Source: Candidatus Poribacteria bacterium
Lineage (GTDB): Bacteria > Poribacteria > WGA-4E > UBA9662
NCBI GenBank assembly: GCA_036339735.1
Contig: JAYZAL010000104.1
Coordinates: 1-64,000, forward strand
Length of the DNA stretch: 64,000 bases
Direction: 5' to 3'
Part shown: positions 19,749-30,614 of the stretch, one piece after another
Layout of the letters: each line of letters starts with the position of its first letter
Numbering within the stretch: the stretch's first letter is position 1
The notes under the pieces: generated by a model
Databases searched by the model: none
The model's input: only the letters and a program-made list of their open reading frames with translations
What the model was told of the DNA's origin: nothing
Made by a program: the position numbers and the translations under genes

Positions 19749-21692
19749 TTACTGTGGTGTGTTTTCCGCTGACTGATCTTTCAAAGCATTCAACTTTTTT
19801 CGTGTTTGACGATCGTATCGATTTTGGCTCAAATATTCCTCTAAGGTTGAAATTGCTTGGGCTCGTTGATCAAGTTTTAAATAAACTTCGCTTAAAGCGA
19901 CCGCGGCAACTGATAGCCGTGGATTTTTTCCTAAAGCGATGGTGAAAGCTGAAATCGCACCATCGCTATCATCATTGAATATCGCAATTTGGCCAGTGGC
20001 ATAATCTAACATCGCATGATCCGGGTTAGATTTGGCCAAATCCTGAATGATCTGGTTGCCATCTTCTGGTCTACCTATTTCGTAACTAGTTATAGCTGCT
20101 TGAATCTTAGCCTGTAAGATCTTGTTCTCTAACGCACTTTTATCAGCTTGGTTTTCTGCTTTTTCTAATTCGCGTTGGGCAATCCGAGCAGCATTGTTAT
20201 ACCTAGATTTGGCTTTAGAGTGCTGGCCATAACGATTAGAGACTTCCGCCAATTCTATTTGAACTTCATAGCTATTACCTTTACCTTCAACGAGGTCTTG
20301 ATAGTATCCAGCACGAGTGCGTTCCTTCATCCTGTAATTTAGGGCTTCTGCCAAACTTTGGAGGGCATCTTCATAATCAGGAGATGCTACTACGGCTCTT
20401 TCCAAATACTCGATTTCCTTTCCTACATCTTTCATTTTTTTATATGCCAATGCCACTCGCCAGTAAATTTCAGGGTCCATTTTTCGGTTAAAACCAACAA
20501 CTGATTTGTAGGTTTCGATCGCTTTCTCGTATTCTTCGTTAGCATATTGAGATTCACCGGCTCTAACAACTGCATTCAAGACTTCTTTATCCTTCCGAAT
20601 GGCTTGTCGCATCAACTCTTGTGCTCTAATACTCATGCCAACCTTACGATAACAAATAGATAGACGAAGATAAGCGTAAGGGTCAATTTTTCCTTGATCG
20701 GCTTTTGCTAATTCAATAGCTCGGAAATAAAGAGCTCCTGCATCTCTATAATTTTCTTCTTGAAGATTCATATTGGCAATCATCAACATGGCATCGTAGA
20801 AAGTCCCTTGGTCATCACCTTGAATCGTACCGAAAGAAGCCATCACTTCCTCGGCTGTGACTCCAAAGCCTGAATCCTGACCCATTCCCGCTATGGCACG
20901 ACTTCTTTCTGCATTCTTGGGCCGATCTCGTTCTATTCGCCTCCGTTGACGCTCCATAGCTTGTCCTACAGGAGTTTGCGTAGGATCATCTGGCCTCGGA
21001 ATAAATGCTCCCATTGATTTAAGCTCTACCTTAGCTGCATCTAATTGCTCACTTAAACCTTGCACTCGCCCATACTTCTTAACAACCTGCTGATAAGTAC
21101 GTTCTGCGTCTTTATCGGCCCCCAAATGATTTTTTTGGATTTTTGCCTTCAATATTAGTGCATCTGCAGCCCTTTCACTCTTAGGATTTCTTGCTGCGTA
21201 TTGGTCATAAACCTCAGTCGCTTTTTCAAACTGTTTTGCTTTTTCAAAACTCTTAGCTAACATCAACTGGGCCTTATTGCTAATTTCAAGTTGAGGAAAG
21301 CGATTGACAATCAATTCAAAATTAATTCCAGCTTCTTTATATTTTTCTGTTTTGAAAGCATGAATACCAATCCGATAATATGCTTCTGCAGCCTCATCGC
21401 TTTCTGGCGCATCAACCGTTAACTGTTTGTAAGCACTAACGCCTTGATCTGTTTTTTCCATAACTCTAAGATAGAGCTCACCCATGGCTAATTGTGCCTG
21501 TCGAGCCTGAGTAGTTCCAACCTTAGTATTGATCATTTCTTGGTAAAGGTCAATTGCTCCCTGGTAATCTTTCTCATCAATTAAAGTCTCAGCTTGGCTA
21601 AAACCGCTGGACAGTGAGGGGACACAACCATGCGACGTTATTAACAATAGGCAAAGCAAAAACGCTAATCTGTAATGCACAAATTTCATCAT
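19749..21692 (-). CDS. Tetratricopeptide-repeat protein, probable lipoprotein
   Basis: Signal peptide ending SHGC, repeated TPR helices; ATG 21692 has a GGGAG RBS. Confidence 0.8.
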   Translation of the reverse strand: MMKFVHYRLAFLLCLLLITSHGCVPSLSSGFSQAETLIDEKDYQGAIDLYQEMINTKVGTTQARQAQLAMGELYLRVMEKTDQGVSAYKQLTVDAPESDEAAEAYYRIGIHAFKTEKYKEAGINFELIVNRFPQLEISNKAQLMLAKSFEKAKQFEKATEVYDQYAARNPKSERAADALILKAKIQKNHLGADKDAERTYQQVVKKYGRVQGLSEQLDAAKVELKSMGAFIPRPDDPTQTPVGQAMERQRRRIERDRPKNAERSRAIAGMGQDSGFGVTAEEVMASFGTIQGDDQGTFYDAMLMIANMNLQEENYRDAGALYFRAIELAKADQGKIDPYAYLRLSICYRKVGMSIRAQELMRQAIRKDKEVLNAVVRAGESQYANEEYEKAIETYKSVVGFNRKMDPEIYWRVALAYKKMKDVGKEIEYLERAVVASPDYEDALQSLAEALNYRMKERTRAGYYQDLVEGKGNSYEVQIELAEVSNRYGQHSKAKSRYNNAARIAQRELEKAENQADKSALENKILQAKIQAAITSYEIGRPEDGNQIIQDLAKSNPDHAMLDYATGQIAIFNDDSDGAISAFTIALGKNPRLSVAAVALSEVYLKLDQRAQAISTLEEYLSQNRYDRQTRKKLNALKDQSAENTPQ

Positions 21693-22485
21693 TTTTCTCC
21701 CACAAACCATCCGGTAGAATTTAAACTTAGTACTTGAGTCTAGTCAAAACTTCCAGCAAAGATTACACTCTTATTAGGTTCTTGACTTTATTATTCTTTG
21801 AACAAACACTATATCCAGGCACTTTACTACGATTAGCTACACTTACAAACACGCTCGAGCGGGGAATAATTCGTTTAGGCACTATCGTCATGCGAGAGTA
21901 TCTAATCTAATAATTACTTTTGGTAGATAAACAATTTAATTATTTAATTTTCCTTTTGGTAATCATCCCATATTAGAGAATAAAAGCCACAATTGATTTA
22001 CAACATCTAAGATTCACTGTTTTGTACAAATCCGTTTGTCCTAAGGAGTTGATAATGAATACCGCATTAATACAAGACTTCAAAAACCGCTACTAAGCAA
22101 ATAATTATGATGCCCCGTAAAACAAGCAAGCTGACAAACAAATTATTGCGTGTAACTAGTACTTGAAACCCGTGGGGGCCTCTGTCTCCGACGAACTTAC
22201 TGTTGAGTTAAGTGCGTCAATTATTCCACTAGAATGCCCGCGATATCTAGTCATTAAATATGACACTCGAAAAATACTGGCAGAAACCGACTACTATTTG
22301 GTCCAATATATCGGGGTAACTAGTTTTACAATGCTCTATTAAGATAACCAACGTCTATGCCAGCTAGATACTTCGCAGTACCATAGGCACAACAATCTTA
22401 CTTATTTGATTGATCTTCTTCTCCTTCACTGAATAGCGATATTTGAAACCATTGAGAGAACAAATTCGCCGACAGAAAGCTAAAT

Positions 22486-22505
22486 TATATCAGTTGCCTG
22501 ATATA
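22486..22505. promoter_or_regulatory. Perfect 8-4-8 palindrome, candidate operator
   Basis: TATATCAG-TTGC-CTGATATA about 76 bp upstream of the 22582 start. Confidence 0.45.
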
Positions 22506-22581
22506 CCAGCAAGTGTATTTGAATACCACAGATAACATGTTAAAATAGGAGTGAACTATTCTTTAGCACAGGAAGTCGTCG

Positions 22582-23589
22582 ATGAACCAACCCCCAGAAT
22601 CTTATGTCATAGTTAAAGAGGATGAATTAGTTTCTTTTACAACGTGTTGTTTTGAAAGAGTAGGATTGTCTTCTGACCACGCTCACCTGATTGCTCGTTT
22701 TTTGGTCAATTCAGATTTGCGAGGTGTTCGATCTCATGGAACGAGAACAATTAATGGATATTGTAGCGCTTTTGAAAACATGAGTCTTAACCCTTCGCCC
22801 AAAATAGAAACTATAACCCAATCACCTACCACTATTGTCTTAGATGGAGATGGTACACTCGGGTATCTCCCTATGGCGCAAGCAACAGAACTCGCAATCA
22901 AAAAAGCTAAAGAGGTAGGTCTTGGAATGGGTTTAGTTCGAGGAATCGGACATTATGGTTCTGCAGGGCATTATACTCGCCTTTGTTCAGAATCGGGCTG
23001 TGTAGGTTTTTCTGTACAGGGGTATCATAATCAGGGTGACTCTAGTAGTGATCAAGTCAAACCACAACTAGGTTACTTTGGTAATCCCCCTATAAGTTTC
23101 GCGATTTCAGGACAAGACGAACCACCTATTATTCTAGATGCCGCCACTTGTATTATGGCTGATTACCAGCGTGGTGAAACCTATGATCGGTTACTATCTC
23201 TGGTTCCAGCAGCGTTTTTTAAGAGTATTGGCTACACTGCCGTGGCTAGTTTATTAGGTGGAGGACTGACGGGTTTTACCCTACCTGAAAGCGAAGAGAC
23301 ACGGAAAAGTTGGCCCGCCGCAAGAATGGGGGGTATGATCTTGGCTATCCACATTGATACAGTAGTCCCGGAGTCAATATTTAAGACAGAGGTCGATCGA
23401 ATGGTCCGAGATGTCAAGAACACCTATGAGCCTTTACCTGGGATGGAACAAGCTCTACTACCAGGAGCAATTGAAGAAGATCGATTTGAATTTCACCGAC
23501 AGAACGGTATTCGTTACGGGGAGATGGAGCAGGAGGGGGCTCGCTTAGTCAGTCAAAGACTGGATCTACCACTACCTTGGAATGAGTAA
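22582..23589 (+). CDS. Ldh_2 family oxidoreductase (malate/lactate/ureidoglycolate dehydrogenase type)
   Basis: DLRGVRSHG, LDGDGTLG, HYGSAGHY, GNPPI, ILDAAT. Confidence 0.9.
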   Translation: MNQPPESYVIVKEDELVSFTTCCFERVGLSSDHAHLIARFLVNSDLRGVRSHGTRTINGYCSAFENMSLNPSPKIETITQSPTTIVLDGDGTLGYLPMAQATELAIKKAKEVGLGMGLVRGIGHYGSAGHYTRLCSESGCVGFSVQGYHNQGDSSSDQVKPQLGYFGNPPISFAISGQDEPPIILDAATCIMADYQRGETYDRLLSLVPAAFFKSIGYTAVASLLGGGLTGFTLPESEETRKSWPAARMGGMILAIHIDTVVPESIFKTEVDRMVRDVKNTYEPLPGMEQALLPGAIEEDRFEFHRQNGIRYGEMEQEGARLVSQRLDLPLPWNE

Positions 23590-23652
23590 AGCAAGCAGAA
23601 GTCCCAAATCTCAGAACTAACATCTCTTATCTTACCTTCTTGCTTGCTTTTT
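23588..23652. terminator. Inverted repeat between convergent genes, possible terminator
   Basis: AAAGCAAGCAGAAG / CTTCTTGCTTGCTTT with a 34-nt loop. Confidence 0.4.
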
Positions 23653-23679
23653 ACTTTACTTGAATTCAAATTAAGGTGC

Positions 23680-24060
23680 TTAGACCAGCTGTATGTACGC
23701 CATCTGAGCACCATCGCCCTTTCTGATATCGGACCTCACAACTCGTGTATAACCACCATTACGGTCAGCATAGCGGGGGCCTATTTCGTTGAATAATTTG
23801 CGCAAAACATCATGCTTTCCCTTCATTCTTGTGTGCAAGTTGGAACCGAAAATGACCTTGGCTGCTTGCCTTCTAGAATTCAAGTCGCCGCGCTTTGCTA
23901 GCGTAATCAATTTCTCGGCGAAACTTCTTAGCTCCTTACACTTGGGTAATGTAGATTGAATTTGCTCATGCTCAAATAATGCGGTGGCTAAATTTCGTAG
24001 TAGTGCTTTTCTGTGGCTTGATGTTCTCCCTAGTTTTCGACCTCTTTTTCTGTGTTTCAT
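23680..24060 (-). CDS. rplQ: 50S ribosomal protein L17
   Basis: RKLGRTSSHRKALLRN, RNGGYTR. Confidence 0.98.
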   Translation of the reverse strand: MKHRKRGRKLGRTSSHRKALLRNLATALFEHEQIQSTLPKCKELRSFAEKLITLAKRGDLNSRRQAAKVIFGSNLHTRMKGKHDVLRKLFNEIGPRYADRNGGYTRVVRSDIRKGDGAQMAYIQLV

Positions 24061-24097
24061 ATTTTTTGCAACCTCTTACGCAATTCTGACTACGATA

Positions 24098-25063
24098 CTA
24101 ATCTTCATCTAAATCCATACCCAACTCAAGCCCCATCTGGCTTAAAATTTCTTTAATCTCGATCAAGGATTTTTTTCCAAAATTTCGTTGTTTCAACATC
24201 TCTTGTTCGCTATGGATTACCAAATCCCGAATTGTTGTGATCTGGGAAGCTTCTAGGCAGTTGGCAGATCGAACTGAAAGTTCGAGTTCAGCCACTGGCT
24301 TATTGAGAAACTTTTCGCGCTGAATTTTGTTTTCATCAATTACCTCGATGGGCTCAACGTAGTGTTCATCAAAATCAGTAAACAAACTTAGTTGGTCGCG
24401 TAGAATCTTAGCGGCTTCAGTTACTGCATCTTTTGCTGTCAAGCTACCATCGGTCCAGACCTCTAGCAATAACCGATCGAAATTAGTTATGTGCCCAACT
24501 CGCGTTTCTTCAACTTTAAAATTAACCTTATCAACAGGTGAGAACTTGGCATCTATTGGAATTACGCCTTCTACAGCATCGCTATCTGCTACATCATCGG
24601 AAAATGCGTAGCCGCGCCCACGCGCTACTCGTAATTGCAGACCTAGACCATCGCATCTATCCAAGGTAGCGATATGCTGGTCTGGGTTTATGATTTCAAC
24701 CAGTCCATTTGGTATAATGTCAGCTGCTGTTACTTGCTTCGAACCCTTTGCGGTCAAATTTAACGCGACTTCTTCATCTGTGTTAACTAAAAAGCGGATT
24801 GACTTTAAGTTAAGAATGATTTGCACAACATCTTCACGCACTCCCTCGACTGTATCATATTCATGGTTGACTCCATCGATTGACACAGAAACAACGGCAG
24901 CCCCCTGAACACTTGAAAGCAGCACTCTACGTAGTGAATTACCAATAGTCATCCCGAACCCTCTTGCCAGCGGTTCGGCAATAAACTTACCGTAATTTGG
25001 TCTTAGGGACTCCTGTTCCGCCAGAAGACGTTTTGGTTTTGTTATTTCTAACCCGATCATCAT
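24098..25063 (-). CDS. rpoA: RNA polymerase alpha subunit
   Basis: GNSLRRVLLSS, LSVRSANCL, NFGKKS. Confidence 0.98.
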   Translation of the reverse strand: MMIGLEITKPKRLLAEQESLRPNYGKFIAEPLARGFGMTIGNSLRRVLLSSVQGAAVVSVSIDGVNHEYDTVEGVREDVVQIILNLKSIRFLVNTDEEVALNLTAKGSKQVTAADIIPNGLVEIINPDQHIATLDRCDGLGLQLRVARGRGYAFSDDVADSDAVEGVIPIDAKFSPVDKVNFKVEETRVGHITNFDRLLLEVWTDGSLTAKDAVTEAAKILRDQLSLFTDFDEHYVEPIEVIDENKIQREKFLNKPVAELELSVRSANCLEASQITTIRDLVIHSEQEMLKQRNFGKKSLIEIKEILSQMGLELGMDLDED

Positions 25064-25120
25064 CCTCCCCTATTGATTGCTCTAATCTTAATTATTAGAT
25101 AATATTCATCAGTGTCTTGC

Positions 25121-25492
25121 TTAAACACGTCGACGCTTTGGCGGTCGACACCCGTTATGAGGAATAGGTGTTACATCTTGCATAGATATAATATCGATGC
25201 CAGCAGCCGCGAGGGAACGAATTGCGGACTCACGCCCTGATCCAGGACCTTTTACTCTAACCTTGACCCTTTGTACCCCATGTTCTTTGGCTTTTTGAGC
25301 ACAGACTTCAGCTGCTTGGCCTGCCGCGAATGGTGTACTTTTTCGTGATCCTCTGAAATCTGTTCCAGCACTTGCCCAAGCCAAGGCATTGCCATTTGGG
25401 TCGGTAATTGTAATAATAGTATTGTTAAACGTCGCTTGGATGTGGGCTATACCTTCAGGGACGTTTTTTCTTTCCCGCCTTCTTGATCTCAA
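25121..25492 (-). CDS. rpsK: 30S ribosomal protein S11
   Basis: [25 protein letters not shown] start with AAGGAG RBS. Confidence 0.98.
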   Translation of the reverse strand: MRSRRRERKNVPEGIAHIQATFNNTIITITDPNGNALAWASAGTDFRGSRKSTPFAAGQAAEVCAQKAKEHGVQRVKVRVKGPGSGRESAIRSLAAAGIDIISMQDVTPIPHNGCRPPKRRRV

Positions 25493-25551
25493 TTCAATCT
25501 CCTTCTTTTACCAGAATTTACCTTAGTGTTATCCAAAACAGCAAAATTGAC

Positions 25552-25944
25552 TTAAGCCTTGCGACCCACTTCTTTTGCTTTACGACCTACGGAAATGGTT
25601 TTTGCCCTTCCTTTACGCGTACGAGCATTTGTACTGGTACGTTGTCCCCTTGCCGGCAATCCTCGACGGTGGCGCAAGCCACGGTAACAACTAATATCGC
25701 TTAGACGCTTAATGTTTTGATCAACGGACCTTCTTAAATCTCCTTCGACTATGTAGCTAGCTCCAATTTCATTTCGAATTAAGCTAATCTCATTCTCTGT
25801 CAAATCTGCCACTTTAATGGCTGGGTCAATACGTAAATTAGCAACAATCTGAGAGGCCGTTGTCCGACCAATACCAAAAATATACGTCAACCCAATATCG
25901 ACTCGTTTGTTTCGTGGCAGATCTACCCCAGCAATCCTAGCCAT
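25552..25944 (-). CDS. rpsM: 30S ribosomal protein S13
   Basis: [28 protein letters not shown]. Confidence 0.98.
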   Translation of the reverse strand: MARIAGVDLPRNKRVDIGLTYIFGIGRTTASQIVANLRIDPAIKVADLTENEISLIRNEIGASYIVEGDLRRSVDQNIKRLSDISCYRGLRHRRGLPARGQRTSTNARTRKGRAKTISVGRKAKEVGRKA

Positions 25945-25961
25945 AGTTCAGGCCTCCTACG

Positions 25962-26078
25962 TCAACCTTGTCTTTGTTTATGTTTGGGATTAGTTGGGCA
26001 AATCACACGAATTCGCCCCTTTCTCTTTATGATTTTGCAACGTTCGCACATTTTTTTAACAGAAGCTCTTACTTTCAT
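25962..26078 (-). CDS. rpmJ: 50S ribosomal protein L36, Zn-ribbon type (not in ORF track)
   Basis: Manual translation [38 protein letters not shown]. Confidence 0.97.
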   Translation of the reverse strand: MKVRASVKKMCERCKIIKRKGRIRVICPTNPKHKQRQG

Positions 26079-26083
26079 ATATT

Positions 26084-27418
26084 TTACCTTCCTCGACTTC
26101 TCATTGGTCCATCACTTAAGAAACCGTCGTAACGACGAGTCGTTAAGTAAGACTCGATTTGGTTCATAGTATCTAAGGCAACCCCAACAACAATTAGTAA
26201 AGATGCCCCCTGAACCATCGTACCAATTTTCAACCATTGCTGAAAAATCATTGGAATAATTGCAATCGCAGCCAAAAACACCGCTCCTGGCAGTGTAATT
26301 CGGGTTAGAATGTTATTGATATACTCCTCTGTCCTTTTTCCAGGTGGAACACCAGGGATATGTCCGCGATTTTTGCGCAAATTGTCGGCCATATCAACAG
26401 GATTAACCTGAACGGCGGTATAGAAATAAGTGAAGCCTATAATCAAAAGAGCATAAATAATATAGTAAAGGAAACGCGTTGGACCAAACCAAACTTGCAG
26501 GCCTGTAATCCAGGTCGATGTTGGAAAGGCTTTCTGTAAAAAACCAAATACAATACCAGGAAATTGCATAAGTGTCACTGCGAAAATGATTGGAATCATA
26601 CCCGCAGTGTTAACCCTTAGTGGGATGTGAGTTGATTGACCTCCATAAACCTTTCGTCCGACAACCCGTCGTGCATACTGAACCGGAATTCGTCGAATAG
26701 AAAGAGTAATGAAGACAGTTCCCGCAATTGCAACAAGAGTCAACAGAATCAATACTGCGATCTGTGGAAGACCTATTTGCCCACTAATGAGATCAGCTAC
26801 AAGCTGTTGAATGCCACTAGGTGCTGCAGCCACGATTCCAACGGTAATTATAATCGATATACCTTGTCCAACTCCTTTTTCGGTGATTTGTTCGCCCAAC
26901 CACATTACAAAAGCAGTTCCTGCCATCAAGGTAATCATTACCAAAACTGTCCAGCCAAGGTTAGGGTTAGCAACTATCGAATTATCTTGCCCCCAACTCT
27001 TTAGCATAGTTGTGATGGCTATACCTTGAACGGCACTTAGAATTACTGTGCCATAACGCGTGTACTGGGTAATCTTCTTTCGTCCACCATCTTCTTTAGA
27101 TAATTTTTCCAGAGAAGGTACCACCACAGCCAATAATTGCATAGCAATCGAGGCACTAATGTAAGGCTGAATACCTAATGCAAATATGGACATTTGTTTG
27201 AATGCACCACCAGAAAAAAGGTTTATAAAACCCACAATATTTTCAGCGGCCTCGTTGGCATCAAGTTGTTGTTGAAACCAACTAGCCAAGGCTGCATCGT
27301 CAATACCTGGTAGTGTTATATGGGCACCAACCCTGTAAATAAAAAGGAGCAACGCAGTGAAAAACAAGCGTTGGCGGAGTTCCGGAATCTTTAGAGCGTT
27401 TCGGAATGCTTGGATCAC
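26084..27418 (-). CDS. secY: Preprotein translocase subunit SecY
   Basis: [33 protein letters not shown]. Confidence 0.98.
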   Translation of the reverse strand: MIQAFRNALKIPELRQRLFFTALLLFIYRVGAHITLPGIDDAALASWFQQQLDANEAAENIVGFINLFSGGAFKQMSIFALGIQPYISASIAMQLLAVVVPSLEKLSKEDGGRKKITQYTRYGTVILSAVQGIAITTMLKSWGQDNSIVANPNLGWTVLVMITLMAGTAFVMWLGEQITEKGVGQGISIIITVGIVAAAPSGIQQLVADLISGQIGLPQIAVLILLTLVAIAGTVFITLSIRRIPVQYARRVVGRKVYGGQSTHIPLRVNTAGMIPIIFAVTLMQFPGIVFGFLQKAFPTSTWITGLQVWFGPTRFLYYIIYALLIIGFTYFYTAVQVNPVDMADNLRKNRGHIPGVPPGKRTEEYINNILTRITLPGAVFLAAIAIIPMIFQQWLKIGTMVQGASLLIVVGVALDTMNQIESYLTTRRYDGFLSDGPMRSRGR

Positions 27419-27865
27419 TTAAATAACCTCTACTGTTCCGCCTTTTGATTCAATCTGTGTAATTGCAGATTTAGAAAAACCATGTGCTTGCACCGTTAAC
27501 TGTTTTTCTAAAGTGCCAGTTCCCAATATTTTGACCCTCGGATTTCTCGCTGGGACCAAATTAGCAGAAATCAGTCTCTCGACAGTAATAGTTTCACCAT
27601 CATCAAAGAGATTCAAAGTTTTGACATTAACGACATCGTATTCTACTTTCTTATGTCTGGCTCTTTTAGGACCACGTTTAGGAATTCGCCGAACTAATGG
27701 CATTTGGCCACCTTCAAACCAGGCGGGAATGCTACCACCCGAACGGGATTTTTGCCCTTTATGCCCTCTACCTGAAGTACCACCAAGGCCCGAAGCATCA
27801 CCGCGGCCAACTCGCTTTTTCGAGCGCTTAGCCCCACTATGAGGCTTTAGCTGATTTAATCTCAT
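27419..27865 (-). CDS. rplO: 50S ribosomal protein L15
   Basis: RVGRG, GRGHKGQKSR, FEGGQMPL; start corrected to ATG 27865. Confidence 0.97.
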   Translation of the reverse strand: MRLNQLKPHSGAKRSKKRVGRGDASGLGGTSGRGHKGQKSRSGGSIPAWFEGGQMPLVRRIPKRGPKRARHKKVEYDVVNVKTLNLFDDGETITVERLISANLVPARNPRVKILGTGTLEKQLTVQAHGFSKSAITQIESKGGTVEVI

Positions 27866-27922
27866 ATTGAAAGAACTCCGATTAGATTCTATTTGAGCAT
27901 GGAAGATAATTTGGTACAATCT

Positions 27923-28429
27923 CTAGCTGAGTAAATCATCCACACTAATTCCTCTGAGCCGTGCTACATCTTCTATCCGCTTCAGACTTTTTAGGCCTTG
28001 AATTGTAGCTTCAGCGATATTTTTCAGATTTCTACTACCTATTCTTTTTGTTAAAATGTCACGGATACCTGCGTATTCCATAATAATTCGAGTGGCAGGT
28101 CCAGCAATAACCCCTGTACCTGGCCCTGCTGGTTTAAGTAAAACGTTACAAGCTTTGTACTTTCCGACAATTTCGTGCGGAATCGTACCATTGATCAATG
28201 GGATACGGATGAGATTTTTCTTCGCATCTGCCAAACTCTTAGCAATTGCAGATGGAACCTCATTGGCGCCAGCAAAACCTAAACCGACAATACCATCCCG
28301 ATTACCAACAGCAGTTACTGCATTGAAACTCGGTGTTCGACCACCCTTTCTGACTCGCATGACCCGGTTAACTCCTATTAACCGTTCTTCCAACTCAAAC
28401 TGACCGGCATCGATTTTATTTACCAACAT
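27923..28429 (-). CDS. rpsE: 30S ribosomal protein S5
   Basis: KGGR, GTGVIAG, ARLRG. Confidence 0.97.
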   Translation of the reverse strand: MLVNKIDAGQFELEERLIGVNRVMRVRKGGRTPSFNAVTAVGNRDGIVGLGFAGANEVPSAIAKSLADAKKNLIRIPLINGTIPHEIVGKYKACNVLLKPAGPGTGVIAGPATRIIMEYAGIRDILTKRIGSRNLKNIAEATIQGLKSLKRIEDVARLRGISVDDLLS

Positions 28430-28435
28430 AAACTC

Positions 28436-28801
28436 CTAGAATTTCAGGCCATTTGCCCTGGCTGAATCGGCTAGGGCTTTTATTCTTCCGTGATATAATT
28501 TTGAACCTCGATCAAAAGTCACCGTCTCTATATCTCTATCTTTTGCCTTCTTTGCAATTAATTCACCAACTTTCTCAGCAGCAGTTGTATTACCCGTTGC
28601 CAAAAGATCCTTTAATTCAGGGGATAAAGTTGAGGCTGAAGCCAAAGTAACACCATTAATATCGTCGATAATCTGAGCGTAAATATGACGCAAACTTCTA
28701 AAAACGGATAAGCGCGGTCTGTCACTAGACTGCCTGATCTTGTAGCGAACGCGCAAACTTCGCCTTTTTTCTGCCAATCGTTTTTTCTTAATAACAGCCA
28801 A
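28436..28801 (-). CDS. rplR: 50S ribosomal protein L18
   Basis: [13 protein letters not shown]...YHGR. Confidence 0.98.
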   Translation of the reverse strand: MAVIKKKRLAEKRRSLRVRYKIRQSSDRPRLSVFRSLRHIYAQIIDDINGVTLASASTLSPELKDLLATGNTTAAEKVGELIAKKAKDRDIETVTFDRGSKLYHGRIKALADSARANGLKF

Positions 28802-28848
28802 TGCAAATCTCCCTTTTCCACATATCCTATGTTTAATAAAAAGCTATA

Positions 28849-29415
28849 CTAAACTCTAGCTTTTCCTTCCCTCATACGAACACGTTCACCCTCGTAGCGA
28901 ATTCCCTTCGATGGTTTATAATCTTCTGGCTTTTTAATTTGACGGATAGTAGCACTAACTTCACCAACTAGCTGCTTATCAATACCACTGACCACGATTG
29001 GAATATGGGGTTGTCCATCGACACTTTCTGGAGCTTCCACGGAAATCTCGATTCCTTCTGGTGGAATAAAAGTTACCGTATGAGAATAGCCAACGTTCAA
29101 GACCAACTCTTTCTGACGATTAATTTCAGCCCGATATCCGTTTCCAACAACACGTAACTTCTTTTCAAATCCAACAGAAACACCGGCGACCATATTTGCA
29201 ACTAAACTTCTAGATAAACCATGCAAAGACTTATATTGCCGAAGATCGTTCGGCCTTTCTAATGTTGCAATGTTTTCTTTCAAGTTCAGGCGAATTCCAT
29301 CTGGTAGAGTCCAACTCAACTTTCCCTTTGGCCCCTCTACCTCTACATCTGAATCAGCTATGCTGAGCTTGACGTTAGATGGGATTTCAATAGGTAAATA
29401 TCCTACACGTGACAT
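28849..29415 (-). CDS. rplF: 50S ribosomal protein L6
   Basis: MSRVG..PI, GPKG, GYSH, GIDKQLVG. Confidence 0.97.
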   Translation of the reverse strand: MSRVGYLPIEIPSNVKLSIADSDVEVEGPKGKLSWTLPDGIRLNLKENIATLERPNDLRQYKSLHGLSRSLVANMVAGVSVGFEKKLRVVGNGYRAEINRQKELVLNVGYSHTVTFIPPEGIEISVEAPESVDGQPHIPIVVSGIDKQLVGEVSATIRQIKKPEDYKPSKGIRYEGERVRMREGKARV

Positions 29416-29448
29416 TCTTTTTCCTCTATTTGAGCTCTTTGGGGGCCT

Positions 29449-29847
29449 CTACCAGACATGGCAAAGAACTTCTCCACCTACATTTGATCCTCGACAGGCT
29501 TTATCAGTCATAACTCCGCTCGAGGTGGATAAAACGGCGACTCCTAAACCACCGAAGACACGAGGTATAGAAGACTTATCGACATAAACACGTCGCCCTG
29601 GCTTGCTAATGCGCTTAATACCAGAAATAACGCGCTCTTCCGTCTCCGAATATTTGAGATAAATTCGGATGATATTCTGCTTATTATCTTCAAGAACACG
29701 ATAACTACGAATAAAACCTTCTTCACACAAAACGCGGGCCAATTCAACCTTAACTTTGGAAGCTGGAACTTCCACTCGATCATGAAATGCCTGACTAGCA
29801 TTCCTGATTCTGGTCAACATATCCGCGATTGGGTCTGTCATTGACAT
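29449..29847 (-). CDS. rpsH: 30S ribosomal protein S8
   Basis: [21 protein letters not shown]; start corrected to 29847. Confidence 0.98.
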   Translation of the reverse strand: MSMTDPIADMLTRIRNASQAFHDRVEVPASKVKVELARVLCEEGFIRSYRVLEDNKQNIIRIYLKYSETEERVISGIKRISKPGRRVYVDKSSIPRVFGGLGVAVLSTSSGVMTDKACRGSNVGGEVLCHVW

Positions 29848-29861
29848 TTGTATGATTCCTT

Positions 29862-30047
29862 TTACCAACTGGCTTTTCTTACGCCAGGAATTTGTCCCGC
29901 CAATGCGAATCCACGAAAACAGATCCGGCATAAGCCAAACTTTTTCAGATATCCTCTGGCTCGCCCACAAGATGAACAACGGTTATACTTTCTGGTGGAA
30001 AATTTTGGTTCACGCTTCTGCTTAGCTACCAATGCTTTGGTTGACAC
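29862..30047 (-). CDS. rpsN: 30S ribosomal protein S14, short Zn-binding type
   Basis: 61 aa, CSSC and [12 protein letters not shown]. Confidence 0.97.
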   Translation of the reverse strand: MSTKALVAKQKREPKFSTRKYNRCSSCGRARGYLKKFGLCRICFRGFALAGQIPGVRKASW

Positions 30048-30060
30048 GCTAGTCTCCTTC

Positions 30061-30600
30061 TTAATCCCTAAAGGGCATACCCATTAGTTTGAGTAATTCT
30101 CGGCCTTCCTCATCCGTCGTTGCCGTTGTAACAATTGATATGTTCAGCCCACGAACTTCGCTGACCTTATCGTAACTAATTTCCGGAAAGATTACTTGTT
30201 CTTGCAACCCGAGAGAATAATTTCCTCGACCATCAAAGGAATTTGGCGAAATCCCTCGAAAGTCACGAAGCTGTGGAAGAACAACATTAACTAATTTATT
30301 ATAAAATTCGTACATATGATTACGGCGCAAGGTAACCTTACATCCAATTGGCATGCCGTCACGAATTTTGAAGTTAGCTATTGACTTTTTTGCTCGTGTA
30401 ATTACCGCTCTCTGACCAGCAATCAACGATAATTCCTCAGTTGCATTTTCTAGCAACTTAGGTGTCTGAACAGCCTCACCAACTCCCATATTAAGTGTTA
30501 TATGCCGAAGTTTTGGCAACTGCATGGGGGATTTGTAGCCAAACTGTCTTTGAAGTTCAGGTATAACTTCCCCAGTATAAAATTCTTTTAACGTACTCAT
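30061..30600 (-). CDS. rplE: 50S ribosomal protein L5
   Basis: [22 protein letters not shown]. Confidence 0.98.
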   Translation of the reverse strand: MSTLKEFYTGEVIPELQRQFGYKSPMQLPKLRHITLNMGVGEAVQTPKLLENATEELSLIAGQRAVITRAKKSIANFKIRDGMPIGCKVTLRRNHMYEFYNKLVNVVLPQLRDFRGISPNSFDGRGNYSLGLQEQVIFPEISYDKVSEVRGLNISIVTTATTDEEGRELLKLMGMPFRD

Positions 30601-30614
30601 TCTATTTAATTTTC

